The notes: a model not told the origin generated them from the letters alone. A DNA stretch of 64,000 nt from Pristiophorus japonicus (GCF_044704955.1 NC_091984.1:148366001-148430000); one strand, 5' to 3'; counted from the first letter of the stretch, positions 24,329-36,264 are shown. Numbers and translations: made by a program.

Positions 24329-24607
24329 AACACTGTCCCATCAAACCCTCCCAGGGCAGGTACAGCATGGGTTAGATACAGAGTAAAACTCCCTCTACAC
24401 TGTCCCATCAAACACTCCCAGGGCAGGTAAGCAGGGGTTAGATACAGAGTAAACCTCCCTCGACACTGTCCCATCAAACCCTCCCAGGGCAGGTACAGCA
24501 CGGGTTAGATACAGAGTAAAGCTCCCTCTACACTGTCCCATCAAGCCCTCCCAGGGCAGGTACCGCACGGGTTAGATACAGAGTAAAGCTCCCTCGACAC
24601 TGCCCCA
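24329..24607. repeat. 67-bp tandem repeat (~4 copies) in the putative C 3' UTR
   Basis: CACTGTCCCATCAA recurs at 24331, 24398, 24464 and 24531, with a degenerate copy at 24598. Confidence 0.92.
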
Positions 24608-24764
24608 ATAACGTGCCTTACCCCCTGACCCTCAGATGCTTTCCCTGACCCAGTCCCGAGAAGGAAGAGAGTAGAAATGCAGTGCTGACAATGACCTTTG
24701 CACTCCCGGCTCACCCCCTGTTCTATTTAAAGTTGTGTCTCCCCCGCGGACTGTCTCTGACACA

Positions 24765-25093
24765 CTACGCACATTCTGCTCTCCTGACGCCCTTGCTGAG
24801 GGGAGAGGAGAGGCTCTCGTGGGTGAGGCTGCAGGAGAAGCTGGCGTTGGACTCCCAGTCGGAGCCAGAGAGGGTCAGCAGGCTGCTGACACTGTAGGTG
24901 TTGTCCGAAGCTCGCAGGTAGTCGCTGGTCTGGACCCCGGCCGAAATGGTCGCCCCGTCCTTCTTCCACTCCACCTCCACCGCATCGGGGTAGAAGTGAT
25001 AGGTGAGGCACACCAGGGTGGCAGTGCCCTTGGTCGTGACCTCCTCCGGGGAGGGAGGCAGCAGGGTCAGCGTGGGTGGTGTCTTCCCTCGGC
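24765..25093 (-). CDS. IGKC: Immunoglobulin light-chain constant exon, cartilaginous-fish kappa (type III/NS4-like), intact
   Basis: Acceptor cttctcctccctttcAG at 25094-25110. The phase-1 exon reads (S)RGKTPPTLTLLPPSPEEVTTKGTATLVCLTYHFYPDAVEVEWKKDG...TYSVSSLLTLSGSDWESNASFSCSLTHESLSSPLSKGVRRAECA*. Both Ig Cys, the core Trp and the interchain Cys are present. Confidence 0.95.
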
Positions 25094-25339
25094 CTGAAAG
25101 GGAGGAGAAGGATGTTTAATAGGTGTATATTAGTATGTGTGTGTGTCTGTGTGTATGTGGCACTGTGGGTGTTTCTGTGTGTGGATAATTTACATCTGAT
25201 AACGGAGAGCTGGGTTAATGAACTCCTGTCTGGTGATTAACCATTAGAGGTGAGCAACACTAATTCTTAATCTTCTTCGCTTGGCTTGACAAATTTAGTC
25301 TAAATATAAATGCGTTTGATGTTAAGGGTGACAAATCAA

Positions 25340-25752
25340 ACCACTTTACACACAATGAAGTACTTTGGGAGTGTAGTCACTGTTGTAATGTTGGAAACAC
25401 GGCAGCCAAAATGTGCACAGCAAGCTCCCACAAACAGCGATGTGATAATGACCTGATAATCTGTTCTTTTGTCATGTTGGTTGAGGGATAAATATTGACC
25501 AGGAGACTGGGGAGAACTCCCCTGCTCTTCTTCAAAATAGTGGCATGGGATCTTTTACATCCACCTGAGAGGGCAGACGGGGCCTCAGTTTAATGTCTCA
25601 TCTGAAAGACGGCACCTCCGACAATGCAGTGCACCCTCAGCATTGCACTGGAGTGTCAGCCTAGATTTTTATGCCCAAGTTGCTGGACTGGGAATTAACC
25701 CCACAACCTTCTGACTCAAAGGCGAGAGTGCAACGCACTGAGCCACGGCTGA
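25340..25752 (-). mobile_element. Deu-domain tRNA-SINE
   Basis: Head TCAGCCGTGGCTCAGTG...GGTTGTGGGTTAATTCCC, with the same body as 9063-9665. Confidence 0.85.
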
Positions 25753-26106
25753 TACTGAAAATCATATTGGACTGTTGTATAAACATCTGCAGTGCAGGGT
25801 TGGCACACATTCAGCACTGAAATGGTTAACAGTAAGAGTCGGTAAAGACTGAGTGTCCCGTTAAGATGCTGTTCACTGGCAGGAAGCTCGAACTGTAGAT
25901 GGGTGGATACAGGGGAAACAGGCTCAGCAGTGAGAAAGCTCAGATCACACACAGATCGGGAGAACTTTATCCGGGAACATTGCGGCACACTTATATCAAC
26001 ATACTTCAGCAAGGCTTCATGTTGGGTGTCGGTGTAGAAGCTTCTAGATTGCACTTAAAAGCTTGCTGCCCAGCACCGGGGTGAGGTCAAGGGTGAGGCT
26101 ACAATT

Positions 26107-27639
26107 TGTAAGGGGTGATTTGCAGGGGGTCAGCTTTCCCTTCTGACCTTATATGAGCGGTTCCGAATTGCTCCCACACCCTTGGTTCTCGACACTAGAA
26201 TTATGAAGGGACTGTGTCAGACTTGGACAGACAATCGGTTTCAAGGTAGGAAGCAGGTATGGCTTTATTGTGTTTAAAAAGAAGTAAAAGGCACACCTTT
26301 AATAACACACACAGACCAATACACACTGAAGGGTACAAAACATTGAATAAAATGTCAAATTACAGCCTGTGGGGAAAAGAATACAGCTTAAACTCTAAAT
26401 GGGGTAAAGAGGAGAATGCAGATACATTTACACAAGTTATCCCAGCCTCCCCCCTCCCAATTCCCCGAACTAACTAAGTTATAGCTCTGAGGGTTCAGGG
26501 GCTATGCTCACCAATCCCTTTAGACAGTTGCCGGTAAATCACGGTTTTGGGGTTCTCTGCACTTGGACTTCTGGGCGAGCCACACCCCGGTCAGAGGAGA
26601 GGACTTCGGACTGCGTAGTCTTCAGTTGGGGTGCGTCCGTTGATGTGGTAAGTTGCGTTTTGGATGTATGGGATAAGTACCCACTTTCTTTGGTTTTAGT
26701 TAGTCCTTTTAGGTAATTTCTCACCCGTTGGCTGTTCAGAAGTAGATTGTACAGTGGAGATAAATGTTGATTCTTCGGTTTTTGCCGAGTTGGTTTTGGT
26801 TGGTCGTTTCGCTGGTTGTGGTGGCCCGGGTTTGTCAATTTGGTTGCTGACAACCTTCCATTTCATGGGCCTCGTGCTCGGTCGGTCCTTGACGATTTCT
26901 TGTAGGTTCCTTCACGACTCCATTTCTTCACTCCGGCTGCTTGTGTCTGTCTGTGTTCCTTTTGAGTCTGTGTTCCTTTCGAGTCTATGTCCTGTTCGAG
27001 TCTGTGTTCTGCTAGTCCTGTGTTTTGCTACTTCTGTGTTCTGCTAGCTTTCCTTGTAAAACTGGGGTATAGATATATCCCAAAAAAAGGCTCCATTATC
27101 TCCCATCAAATCTCTTGGGCTCTGTTTAAACTGTTCTGTCCATTGATTTTCAAATGTCTCCTTTGTCAGTAGTAACTCGATTCGGGTGTGAGAATGTGCT
27201 CTCACTGGTTTTGCATTGTTTTAGGATTGTCCAGTTTTTCTGACCATGATTTCCATTGTGCTTGATTGGGTAATTCGATTATCTCTTAGGGGGTGAAGAG
27301 CCTGGGATCCTTAATGCATGAATTTGCTTTCGACGTTGGCCCCACCTCCTGTATTTGGTAACTCTTTTTCGCAGCCAAAATGTTGTAGAATCTTAAAATT
27401 GATATGCTCCTTCCCATAGATGTTTAGGGTATCTCAAGCTTCTGTAATTTAGGTCCATTTTGAATTCCCTTTCCTATGAGTCCAAACACTGGGGGGGGGT
27501 CTCCATGAATGAATCCCCTTTTATCCCCCGCAGGCTTTGTCTGCCCCTTTAAACTCATTTTAAAAGCCCAGAACGGGATTCTTCTCCTCTGTAGGGGAAA
27601 GGTATCTGGAATCTTTGCGAGATATTGGTAAATTCTACA
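26107..27639 (-). repeat. 3' LTR (1533 bp)
   Basis: Direct repeat of 34586-36137, roughly mid-to-high 90s % identity by eye. PPT at 27640-27647. Minus-strand TATA-like element at ~27075 and AATAAA at ~26265. Confidence 0.95.
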
Positions 27640-28208
27640 TTCCCCCTGTGATACCATATCACTTATGGTATCATCTTCGAGGTGAGCAAAGTTCCTGACT
27701 CCCAAGAGATAACCTTCCCCGTAAATTAGCTAAACTAATATCCAAAATGCATTACACTTATGTAACATCACCAAAGATGCACACTTTTCCCTTCACAGGT
27801 ACAAACTTTTTACATTTATACCCTCCCAGCTTGGAGGGGGTTCAATCACTACAATTGCATTTCAGCACAGTTATATTTCATTTCAGTTACATTATATTCA
27901 CTAGCATATAGGCAACGTACAACCACATTACAGAAGGGAAAAAAACATAGATTAAAATTAAACAACATCAATTGGTCTCCTGAGGTTTGTCCATTACCCG
28001 GTAATGTCTGGATCCTGCCCTTGAGAACTGCTCTCAGGCTGGCTGACACACAAGACAAACTCAAAATAATCACCTAAACATTACTGCAACATTAACCTCA
28101 ATTCTAAACGAAACCTTAAAATGTAAAATGGTGCAGTCAGCTACCTAAAACTAAAATTAGAGCTATGTACAACCGCCACCCGTCTCCGGGTGGCCTGGTT
28201 AGTCCCTG

Positions 28209-31200
28209 TCAGGCCCAATCACTTGTGCGGCCTGATAGCCGCCTGGGTGCTAGGGTTTCCCCGCAGCTGGTGAGCTGGAGACCCTTGTCTCTGGGAAAGC
28301 TCGTTGCTACTGCTCCTGTGAGACCCTCACCGGTGGAGGCGGCTGGCTGGTGGTCCCGACTCTGAGCATCCTCTGTACTTCTGACCTTCGGCCTTTCCTG
28401 TCGGGCTGCCCTTCTCCTTGGGTAGAATCGCTGAGGCTCAGATGCCGGTGACCACGGTATCTTTGGCCGTGGTGTACGGAGGGTCCTTCTCAGGGCTTGG
28501 GTTACTGGGGGTGCGTCCGAATCCCAAACGATGGGTGGGATAGCCCCTCCAATACTGCAATTCACCGCCCCATAGGCACGGTTTCTAAGCCTGCCACATT
28601 CCCTGTGGGCCCTCCACAGTCGGAGACGGCCAACGGAGGGTCCCTGTCCTGAGGATGGTTCACCCCTCCCGGCTGCCCTATGTGCTTGGCTGACCGTGGG
28701 TTGTACAGCTTGCACTGGTTGATGTGGAACCACTTAGTACAGCGGGGCAGCTTCATGGCACAGACCATCGGGCTTGCCTTGTCCACAATGCTGTATGGCC
28801 CCATAGAGTGAGAGGGGACCTCAGAGAAACGTTTAAAATTCTGACGGGTTTGGAAAGGTTGGATGCAGGAAGAATGTTCCCAATGTTGGGGAAGTCCAGA
28901 ACCAGGGGTCACAGTCTAAGGATAAGGGGTAAGCCATTTAGGACCAAGATGAGGAGAAACTTCTTCACCCAGAGTGTGGTGAACCTTTGGAATTCTCTCC
29001 CCCAGAAAGTAGTTGAGGCCAATTCACTAAATATATTCAAAAGGGAGTTAGATGAAGTCCTTACGACTCGGGAGATCAAGGGGTATGGCGTGAAAGCAGG
29101 AAGGGGGTACTGAAGTTTCATGTTCAGCCATGAACTCATTGAATGGCGGTGCAGGCTAGAAGGGCTGAATGGCCTGCTCCTGCACCTATTTTCTATGTTT
29201 CTATGTTTCTATATATAATGCTTCAAAAACACCGAACCGAGCATAGTTCCTCACCATGACCTGGTCCCCTATCTCCCATTCGTGGTGTTTGCTGGGTTCT
29301 AGCAGCAATTGGTTCCCCTGATGCTGTCTGCCCATGTTACTAGCAGCCTGCCAGTGAATCTGTTTGAGGTGTTCAAACAGGTTCCTGACAAACCGGTCCC
29401 GGTTCACCTCTCTGAGCTGACCTTCTGTGAGCACCGGGGGTTAGGACATAGGTGGGGTTCCGCATGATCCGGCCAGTCATGAGCTCGTATGGGGAATATC
29501 CGGTGCTCTTTGACTGGCTGGCTCGGATCCCCATTAGGACCAACGGTCAGACCTCCACCCACTTTTGGGGTGAGTCTCCCGTTTCCTTCCGCAGCCTTTC
29601 TTTAATGGTGCGGTTTAAACGCTCCACAATACCAGGTGACTGTGGATTGTGGGCAATGTGCCATTTCCCCTCAATGCCGAGCACCTTAAGGGTTGCCTGC
29701 ATTACCTGCCCGGTGAAATGGCTCCCCTGGTCCGACTCCACATACTGTGGGAGTCCCCAACAGGAGAACACTTCTCTCACTAGAATCTTAGCTGTCCCTC
29801 GTGTGGTGGCTGTTTGGCAGGGGAAGGCTTCAACCCATTTTGAGAACACGTCCATCAGGACTAGGCAGTATTTGTAGCCTCCCTGGGCGGTGGGTAGGGG
29901 CCCGATGTCGTCAATTTGGATTGACTGCCATGGTCCCTCTACCCTCCTGACGTGTCCTAGGGACACCTTCCTTTTCTGGGGGTCAGGATTGTTCGCAGCA
30001 CACACCAGGCAGTTCGCACAGAACTCATGGACGTCCTCCCTGAGTCCCGGCCACCATCCTGCCTGTTCCACCCGTTGCCAGGTGGTCTCAGGCCCGGGGT
30101 GTCCCGCTCCTGGACCCTCATGGGCCAGTTTTAGGAATTCTCTCTGGTGCTGCTGTGGCACGACCCATTGTCCCTCTTTAAACAGCATGCCTTCCTTAAC
30201 GGTAATGGCTGCTGTGCCGTACGGACCTTCTTCTCTCTCCTCTAGCTAACGCATTCAGGACAGCTTTCAGACCGGGTCCTGTGCCTGAACTGTTTTTAAG
30301 TCCGGGGCCAAGGCTATCCCTGTACTCACCGCTGCTATGCGGCCGGTGTCATAGGGGTCCCAGAACTTTCCCGTGCGGGCACCTTCTTTGGCCAGTTTGT
30401 CAGCCTGTTGGTTTCCCTCTGCACGGGATTCGGTTTATGAATGGGCCTTCACCTTATGTATGTAGACCTTTCTTTCTTCCCCCACCGCTGTCAAGATTTT
30501 CTCCAGCAGGGGCTTGATTGCCAGGGGTCTCCCATCAGCGGACGTGTATCCGCGACGGGACCAGAGAGCCAGGTACTCCGTACATAAATTGCAGGTGAAC
30601 ATACTGTCCGAGCAAATCGTGTACGGGGTAGGGAATTCCTCGGGGTGGATCACCACGTACATTACGGCGGACAGTTCAGCATGCTGGGCGCTCATGGTGC
30701 TGGTGAGCTTGATTGCCAGGGCAATACCTGCCCTTGGGTCATAGACTCCGCACCCAGTGAGTCGCTCGTCAGCAGATACGGTGCTGGGCCCGTCCACGTA
30801 GATGTCCCAGCCTGTGGGGTGTAACCCCGCCCGAAGGCCAATGTTTACCTCCCATACCCCTTCTATGGAGCACCTGTGGGCTTTCCCAGGATAGATTAGA
30901 TTGGCTGCGAGCCTTGGCTCACGGGGGCCTTCTACTCTGAGGTCCATCTGGGAGAGGAGCAGGGTCCAGCGAGCAATGCGGGCACTGCTCACCGTCTTGT
31001 CCTTAATCCTCCCATCTAGGAGCATCTGAGTCGGTGTGTGGTGGGTTCGGAGTGTTAGAGGAGACCCTCCCGTGAAGATGAAAGATCTTTTCACTGCCCA
31101 ATGTGTGGCTCGGAGGTGTCTCTCACAGTTGGAGTACCCCTTCTCCACATCTGTTGGGATACTGGAGGAGTAAACCACCGGCCTCAACTGGCCGTACTGC

Positions 31201-32757
31201 TCTTGAAGCAGCACTGAGCTCAAATTGTCCCCGCTGGCTGCCACCTCCAGGAAAAACTCCTTTCATACATCTATCGTACCCAAGGCTGGCGCGGTCTGCA
31301 AGTCCTTCTCGAGCTGATTAAATGCTGCCTCGCAACCCTCATCCCAGTCCCACTCTACACCCTTGTGTAGGAGCCTGAGCAGAGGGGCTGCGGTGGCTGC
31401 ATAATCCTCAATGAAGTCTCTGCAGTACCCGGTGAGTCCGAGAAAGGATCTTACCCCTGTCACTGTGTTGGGGGCTGGTAACTCCTGTACTGCCTCCCTT
31501 CTAGCCTTGTCTATGGCCCTTTCCCCAGCACGCACAGTCAGCCCCAGGAATTTGACTTCCTTCTGGCCGACCTGTGCCTTCTTGGGGTTTACTTTAAACC
31601 CTTCTTCTTTTAGCAGCTCCAGCAGCTCGGCCAGCAGTGGGCCATGCACCTCCCCCTGATCGGTGAACAGGAGCAGGTCATCCACATACTGCACCAACTG
31701 CTGGGGTCTGCTAAAGCCCTTTAAACAGTTCGCCATACATTGGTGAAAAATGCTGGGGCTGTTGTGGAAGCCTTGGGGAAGACAGTTCCACGTGTATTGT
31801 TGGCCCTTAAAGGTAAAGGCGAACTTGTACTGGTCCTCCCGCTTTAAAGGAATGGACCAGAACCCATTTGAAATATCCAGCACCGTGAAAGTGGTCGCGG
31901 ATGCTGGAATACTCCCTATGAGATCCGCTACGGCTGCTACAGTGGGTGCACAGGCAGGGATATTCTTATTTAGTACTCGATAGTCCACGGTGGCCCTCCA
32001 TGAGTTGTTCGGTTTCTTAACCAGCCACAGTGGAGAGTTCACATGGGTTGCTATCGGTCTTAACACCCCTTGCTCTACCAGTGATCCCAGCGCCGTTGTC
32101 AGGTCTGCCTCTGCCTCCCTGGGGAAGTTATATTGCTTTTGTGGTCGGGTCATGGGGTCCCCTACTATACTAACTTCCACCCCCCGTTATCCTACCACAG
32201 TCATGTTTGTGGGTGGCAAATGCTGCAAGGTGTGCCCGTACATATGCCTGGTACTCCACTGGGGTGTTACTGACCAGTAATTCCAAGTCATAACCCTCCT
32301 TTGGCTTCACGGTACACAATGTTTCCTTGGCCCCTTTTTCTGGGATCACCGCCACCTCATCTTCCCTGTCAGTCACTATGGCTCCCCATAGACAGTGGTT
32401 CCTGAAATCCACTAGGATCTGGTGGGCAATGATAAAATCAGCCCCCAGGATCCCTTTTCCCTTCTGCTCCTATTCCATCAGGACACACTTCCATTTGGTT
32501 TTGAGTGTCCCTAACTGAATGGTGAGCGGGATGGAAAACGAACCAGTTTGCTCATTGCCTGTGAACCCCACGAGACTGTACGGTACCCCGTTCGATAGAG
32601 GTGAGGTAGCTGGGTTATCTGCATATACAAGGGTGCTGGAAGCACCAGTATCTAGCAGGTAGGTCCCTTTCACTTTCTCCACCTCCATCGTAACGCAAAG
32701 TCTCTTCCAGGCATCATACTCTAGGGAACACAGGTACACAGGCTGCACTGGCCTTAG
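28209..32757 (-). pseudogene. pol: pol: protease, RT, tether, RNase H, integrase with GPY and a long basic tail; stops and frameshifts
   Basis: PR: LLDTGAS, ILGADF. RT: NSPLWLVKKP, LDISNGFWSIPL, LPQGFHNSP, QYVDDLL. Tether: LRPVVYSS...RIARWTLLL. RH: IYVDG, SAQHAEL, CSDS, KVKAH. IN: AHEGPGAGHPG, CLVC, IQIDDIG, ESDQG, VERLNR, GPY, WFHINQCK. Confidence 0.93.
28806..29210 (+). mobile_element. Young CR1 3' fragment inserted into the integrase GPY region
   Basis: RGDLRETFKILTG...LWNSLPQKVVEANSL and a 3' UTR/(TTTCTATG)n tail nearly identical to the element at 2404-5509. It splits ...FEALY|MGPY. Confidence 0.93.
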
Positions 32758-34512
32758 TCATGCATCTGGGTGGGTTGGAGCAGATGGTTTTACCGTACCA
32801 GCTACTGCACCGGTTGCGATAGCTACTGCTCCCTGTCCATTTATGAGTGTATGTAGGGTGGCTACGAGTGTCTCATATGAGTCGGGTGTTCCTGCCCCGG
32901 CCTTACGGGCTGGGGCTGAAGTGGCCTTTCCCTTAGTCCCTTTCCATGGGTTCCTACAGTCCTTCCTCCAGTGCCCAATTTTTCCCACACCCAACACACT
33001 CGCCTCCTTTATGGGGAGGGTTCCCACTTTCCTGATGCCACTCTCTCTTGCCTTGGCTGGGTTTAATCTCATAGACCCTCCCTTTAGAGGAGGGCTCCTC
33101 TGTCCCTCTACCATTCCGGTAAGCCAGTGTCAACTGTCTGACCACTGTCTCCTCGGTGGTTCTGGGATCTCTTGGATCGAACCAGACCTGGGCTTTTGCC
33201 TTTACTCCAGGTAAGCTGTTTGCCACCAGGCTGCGGAGCCAGTGAGCCAGCTCGTTAGGGGTCAGGTGGGCCCGGTCAAGAACCCCACTACAGGCCCTTT
33301 CGTAGACCGGCCACAACCTGTCGGCGAAAGCCCGTGGAGTCTCCCCATAGAGCTGCACTGTTTTCTCAAGAAACGACTCCCATCGTTCATACCCATGGCC
33401 TCGAGAACCTCCTCCTTAACCTTAGCGTACGTGTTTCGCCCCTTTCTGCTGTCTGCAGAGAGGGAATGGCACAGCTTGGTGTCTAGCAAGAATAGCAACA
33501 GCTTAGCCTGCTCTGAATCATCGCACCCGTTAATATCCCCTGTGTGTTCCACTTCCAGGAAGTGTACCGAGGGATCCCCTTGTTGGGTGAGCTTACTTAG
33601 GTGGCCTATCATAGCCCTCAGTTTTTGGGTGTCGTGGGGGACTACGAAGTTGCTTTCTAGGGGTCCTGCTGCCCCATTGGCATCAGGCGGGCCAAACTTC
33701 TGCTGCCGGACCGGGTGCATTGGCCCTGGTTCCGGCCCTTCTTGTATTGGCTCGCCCTCTTCCCCCTGCTGCCAAGCCGAGTTAAAACTCGGGGCTGCCG
33801 GTGTTGGTAGTTCGCAATCCTTGCCTGCCCCGCACTCTGGCTGACACCCCTGCTGCCCCGGGCCATTCCTGGGAGCTACAGGCGGTGACTGAGGGGTTTC
33901 TCCTTGCCCAACCAGGTGTTCCTGGGCTAAACCTGGGTTTATCAGGCACACCATGCCTTTAGCCCGGGATAGAGCAAGGTTCAAGCTTTGGATCTGCTGC
34001 TGGCAGGGGCCGTGGTCTCCTGCCTCAAATTCCCTGGTACTGGCTACCTTATAGGCTTCCTGAATGTGTCTCACCCTCTCCCCATACTCTTTAACTTGCT
34101 TGGCGAGGCAGGAATTCTCTTCCCGCAACGCCCGTTCGCTATTCTTGGCTTCAATAATCTGACACCGTAAAAGGTCCAGTTGGGTTTTGTGCCTTTCTTT
34201 AGTGAGCTCTCTACTTTCCTTTAACTGTCCCACCTCTGTCCACAACCTTTCTCCGACTGTGGCCCTTGCGCTGGACCTCTCTTCTGCCTGTCTCAATACT
34301 CCCTTTAATTTCTCATTCTCCTCATCTCGAAGCCGGGTTTGTTGCTGAAGGCAAATTAGCCAAATGGCCTTCTCTATCATTCTTTTATGGTCCTTGCTAT
34401 CGGTCCATTGAGCTGCAGCATCTTCTGGACGCTCAGCATACAATAGATCGAGTACCCACTCCTTAGCCACATTTACATTCTTAACCACATATGAGGAAAT
34501 CTCCTCTTCCAT
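32758..34512 (-). pseudogene. gag: gag with an N-terminal coiled coil, capsid-like region and one CCHC zinc knuckle; two frameshifts
   Basis: The ATG at 34512 has a strong context (AAAATGG). A long E/K/R/L heptad region follows, then QLYGETPRAFADRL. Removing one A at ~32980 gives GECVGCGKIGHWRKDC (CX2CX4HX4C). Stop TGA at 32760-32758. Confidence 0.85.
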
Positions 34513-34565
34513 TTTGCTTTGTTTCCTGAAACCAGTCTCTCTCTTATCACGTCCCTTGTACCAGT

Positions 34566-34583
34566 GTCCTATCTGGGTCGCCA
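34566..34583 (-). promoter_or_regulatory. Primer-binding site, tRNA-Arg(CCG)
   Basis: TGGCGACCCAGATAGGAC lies 2 nt after the 5' LTR and is a 17/18 match to the complement of the tRNA-Arg(CCG) 3' end GTCCCATCTGGGTCG-CCA (recalled vertebrate sequence). Confidence 0.8.
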
Positions 34584-34585
34584 TG

Positions 34586-36137
34586 TGTAAGGGGTGGTTT
34601 GCAGGGGGTCAGCTTTCCCTTCTGACCTTATATGAGCAGTTCCGAATCACTCCCACACCCTTGGTTCTAGACACTGGAATTATGAAGGGACTGTGTCAGA
34701 CTTGGACAGACAATCGGTTTCAAGGTAGGAAGCAGGTATGGCTTTATTGTGTTTAAAAAGAAGTAAAAGGCACACCTTTAATAACACACACACAGATCAA
34801 TACACACTGAAGGGTACAACACATTGAATAAAATGTCAAATTACAGCCTGTGGGGAAAAGAATACAGCTTAAACTCTAAATGGGGTAAAGAGGAGAATGC
34901 AGATACATTTACACAAGTTATCCCAGCCTCCCCCCTCCCAATTCCCCTAACTAACTAAGTTATAGCTCTGAGGGTTCAGGAGCTATGCTCACCAATCCCT
35001 TTGGACAGTTGCCGGTGAATTACGGTTTCGGGGTTTGCTGCACTTGGCCTTCTGGGCGAGCCATACCCCGGACGGAGGAGAGGACTTCGGACTGCGTAGT
35101 CTTCAGTTGGGGTGCATCCGTTGATGCGGTAAGTTGCATTTCGGATGTATGGGATAAGTACCCACTTTCTTTGGTTTTAGTTAGTCCCTTTTTGTAATTT
35201 CTCACCCGTTGGCCGTTCAGAAGTAGATTGTAGAGTGGAGATAAATGTCGATTCTTCGGTTTTTGCCGAGTTGGTTTTGGTTGGTCGTTTTGCTGGTTGT
35301 GGTGGCCCGGGTTTGTCAATTTGGTTGCTGACAACCTTCCATTTCATGGGCCTCGTGCTCGGTCGGTCCTTGACGATTTCTTGTAGGTTGCTTCACGACT
35401 CCATTTCTTCACTCCGGCTGCTTGTGTCTGTCTGTGTTCCTTTTGAGTCTGTGTTCCTTTCGAGTCTATGTCCTGTTCGAGTCTGTGTTCTGCTAGTCCT
35501 GTGTTCTGCTACTTCTGTGTTCTGCTAGCTTTCCTTGTAAAACTGGGGGATAGATATATCCCAAAAAAAGGCTCCATTATCTCCCATCAAATCTCTTGGG
35601 CTCTGTTTAAACTGTTCTGTCCATTGATTTTCAAATGTCTCCTTTGTCAGCAGTAACTCGATTAGGGTGTGAGAATGTGCTCTCATTGGTTTTGCATTGT
35701 TTTAGGATTGTCCAGTTTTTCTGACCATGATTTCCATTGTACTTGATTGGGTAATTCGATTATCTCTTAGGGGGTGAATAGTTCCCCCAGACAGTCTGGG
35801 GTCTTTAATACACGAATTTGCTTCAGATGTTGGCTCCACCTCCTGTATTTGGTAACTCTTTTTCGCAGCCAAAATGTTGTAGAATCTTAAAATCGATATG
35901 CTCCTTCCCATAGATGTTTAGGGGATCTCAAGCTTCTGTAATTTAGGTGCATTTTGAATTCCCTTTCCTATGAGTCCAAACACTGCGGGGGGGGGGGTCT
36001 CCATGAATGAATCCCCTTTTATCCCCCGCAGGCTTCGTCTGCCCCTTTAAACTCATTTTAAAAGCCCAGAACGGGATTCTTCTCCTCTGTAGGGGAAAGG
36101 TACCTGGAATCTTTGTGAGATATTGGTAAATTCTACA
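34586..36137 (-). repeat. 5' LTR (1552 bp)
   Basis: Paired with 26107-27639 and followed by the PBS on the minus strand. Confidence 0.95.
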
Positions 36138-36264
36138 AATTAGCCTCAGTGTACCGGGGCCAGGCAGGGTCACTACTCCCAATGATCCCGAGACCTCCTG
36201 GAAGGTCAGAGTGCGCGGACAATGGACGAGGGTCAGGATCAGGGCCCTCCCACTTCAATGAAAG

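Larger units (their letters stand above)
26107..36137 (-). mobile_element. Full-length LTR provirus with retrovirus-type dual-RNase-H Pol and no env (lokiretrovirus/Odin-like), decayed
   Basis: TSD AATT (26103-26106 / 36138-36141), LTRs TGTAG...CTTACA, PBS-Arg, PPT AGGGGGAA, order gag-PR-RT-tether-RH-IN. The structure is certain; the clade assignment is inference. Confidence 0.9.

Noticed and set aside
25680-25752. tRNA gene
   Set aside because: The A/B boxes belong to the tRNA-derived head of a SINE. There is no complete cloverleaf.
26539-26853. 104-aa ORF present in both LTRs (also 35020-35334) as a possible accessory gene
   Set aside because: It has a non-ATG start and low complexity, and its presence in both copies follows trivially from LTR identity.
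27849-28073. 74-aa ORF between pol and the PPT as an env remnant
   Set aside because: No furin site, fusion peptide, heptad, CX6CC or TM anchor is recognisable, and it is too short to support a call.
26107-36137. Endogenous foamy virus
   Set aside because: The long LTRs and 4-bp TSD fit, but it has a CCHC knuckle, PBS-Arg rather than Lys, a DTGA protease in frame with gag, and no env or accessory genes.
36120-36145. Deletion breakpoint truncating the 5' LTR and removing V-J
   Set aside because: The LTR ends properly (TGTAG on minus, matching the PPT-adjacent end at 27639) and the AATT TSD is intact.
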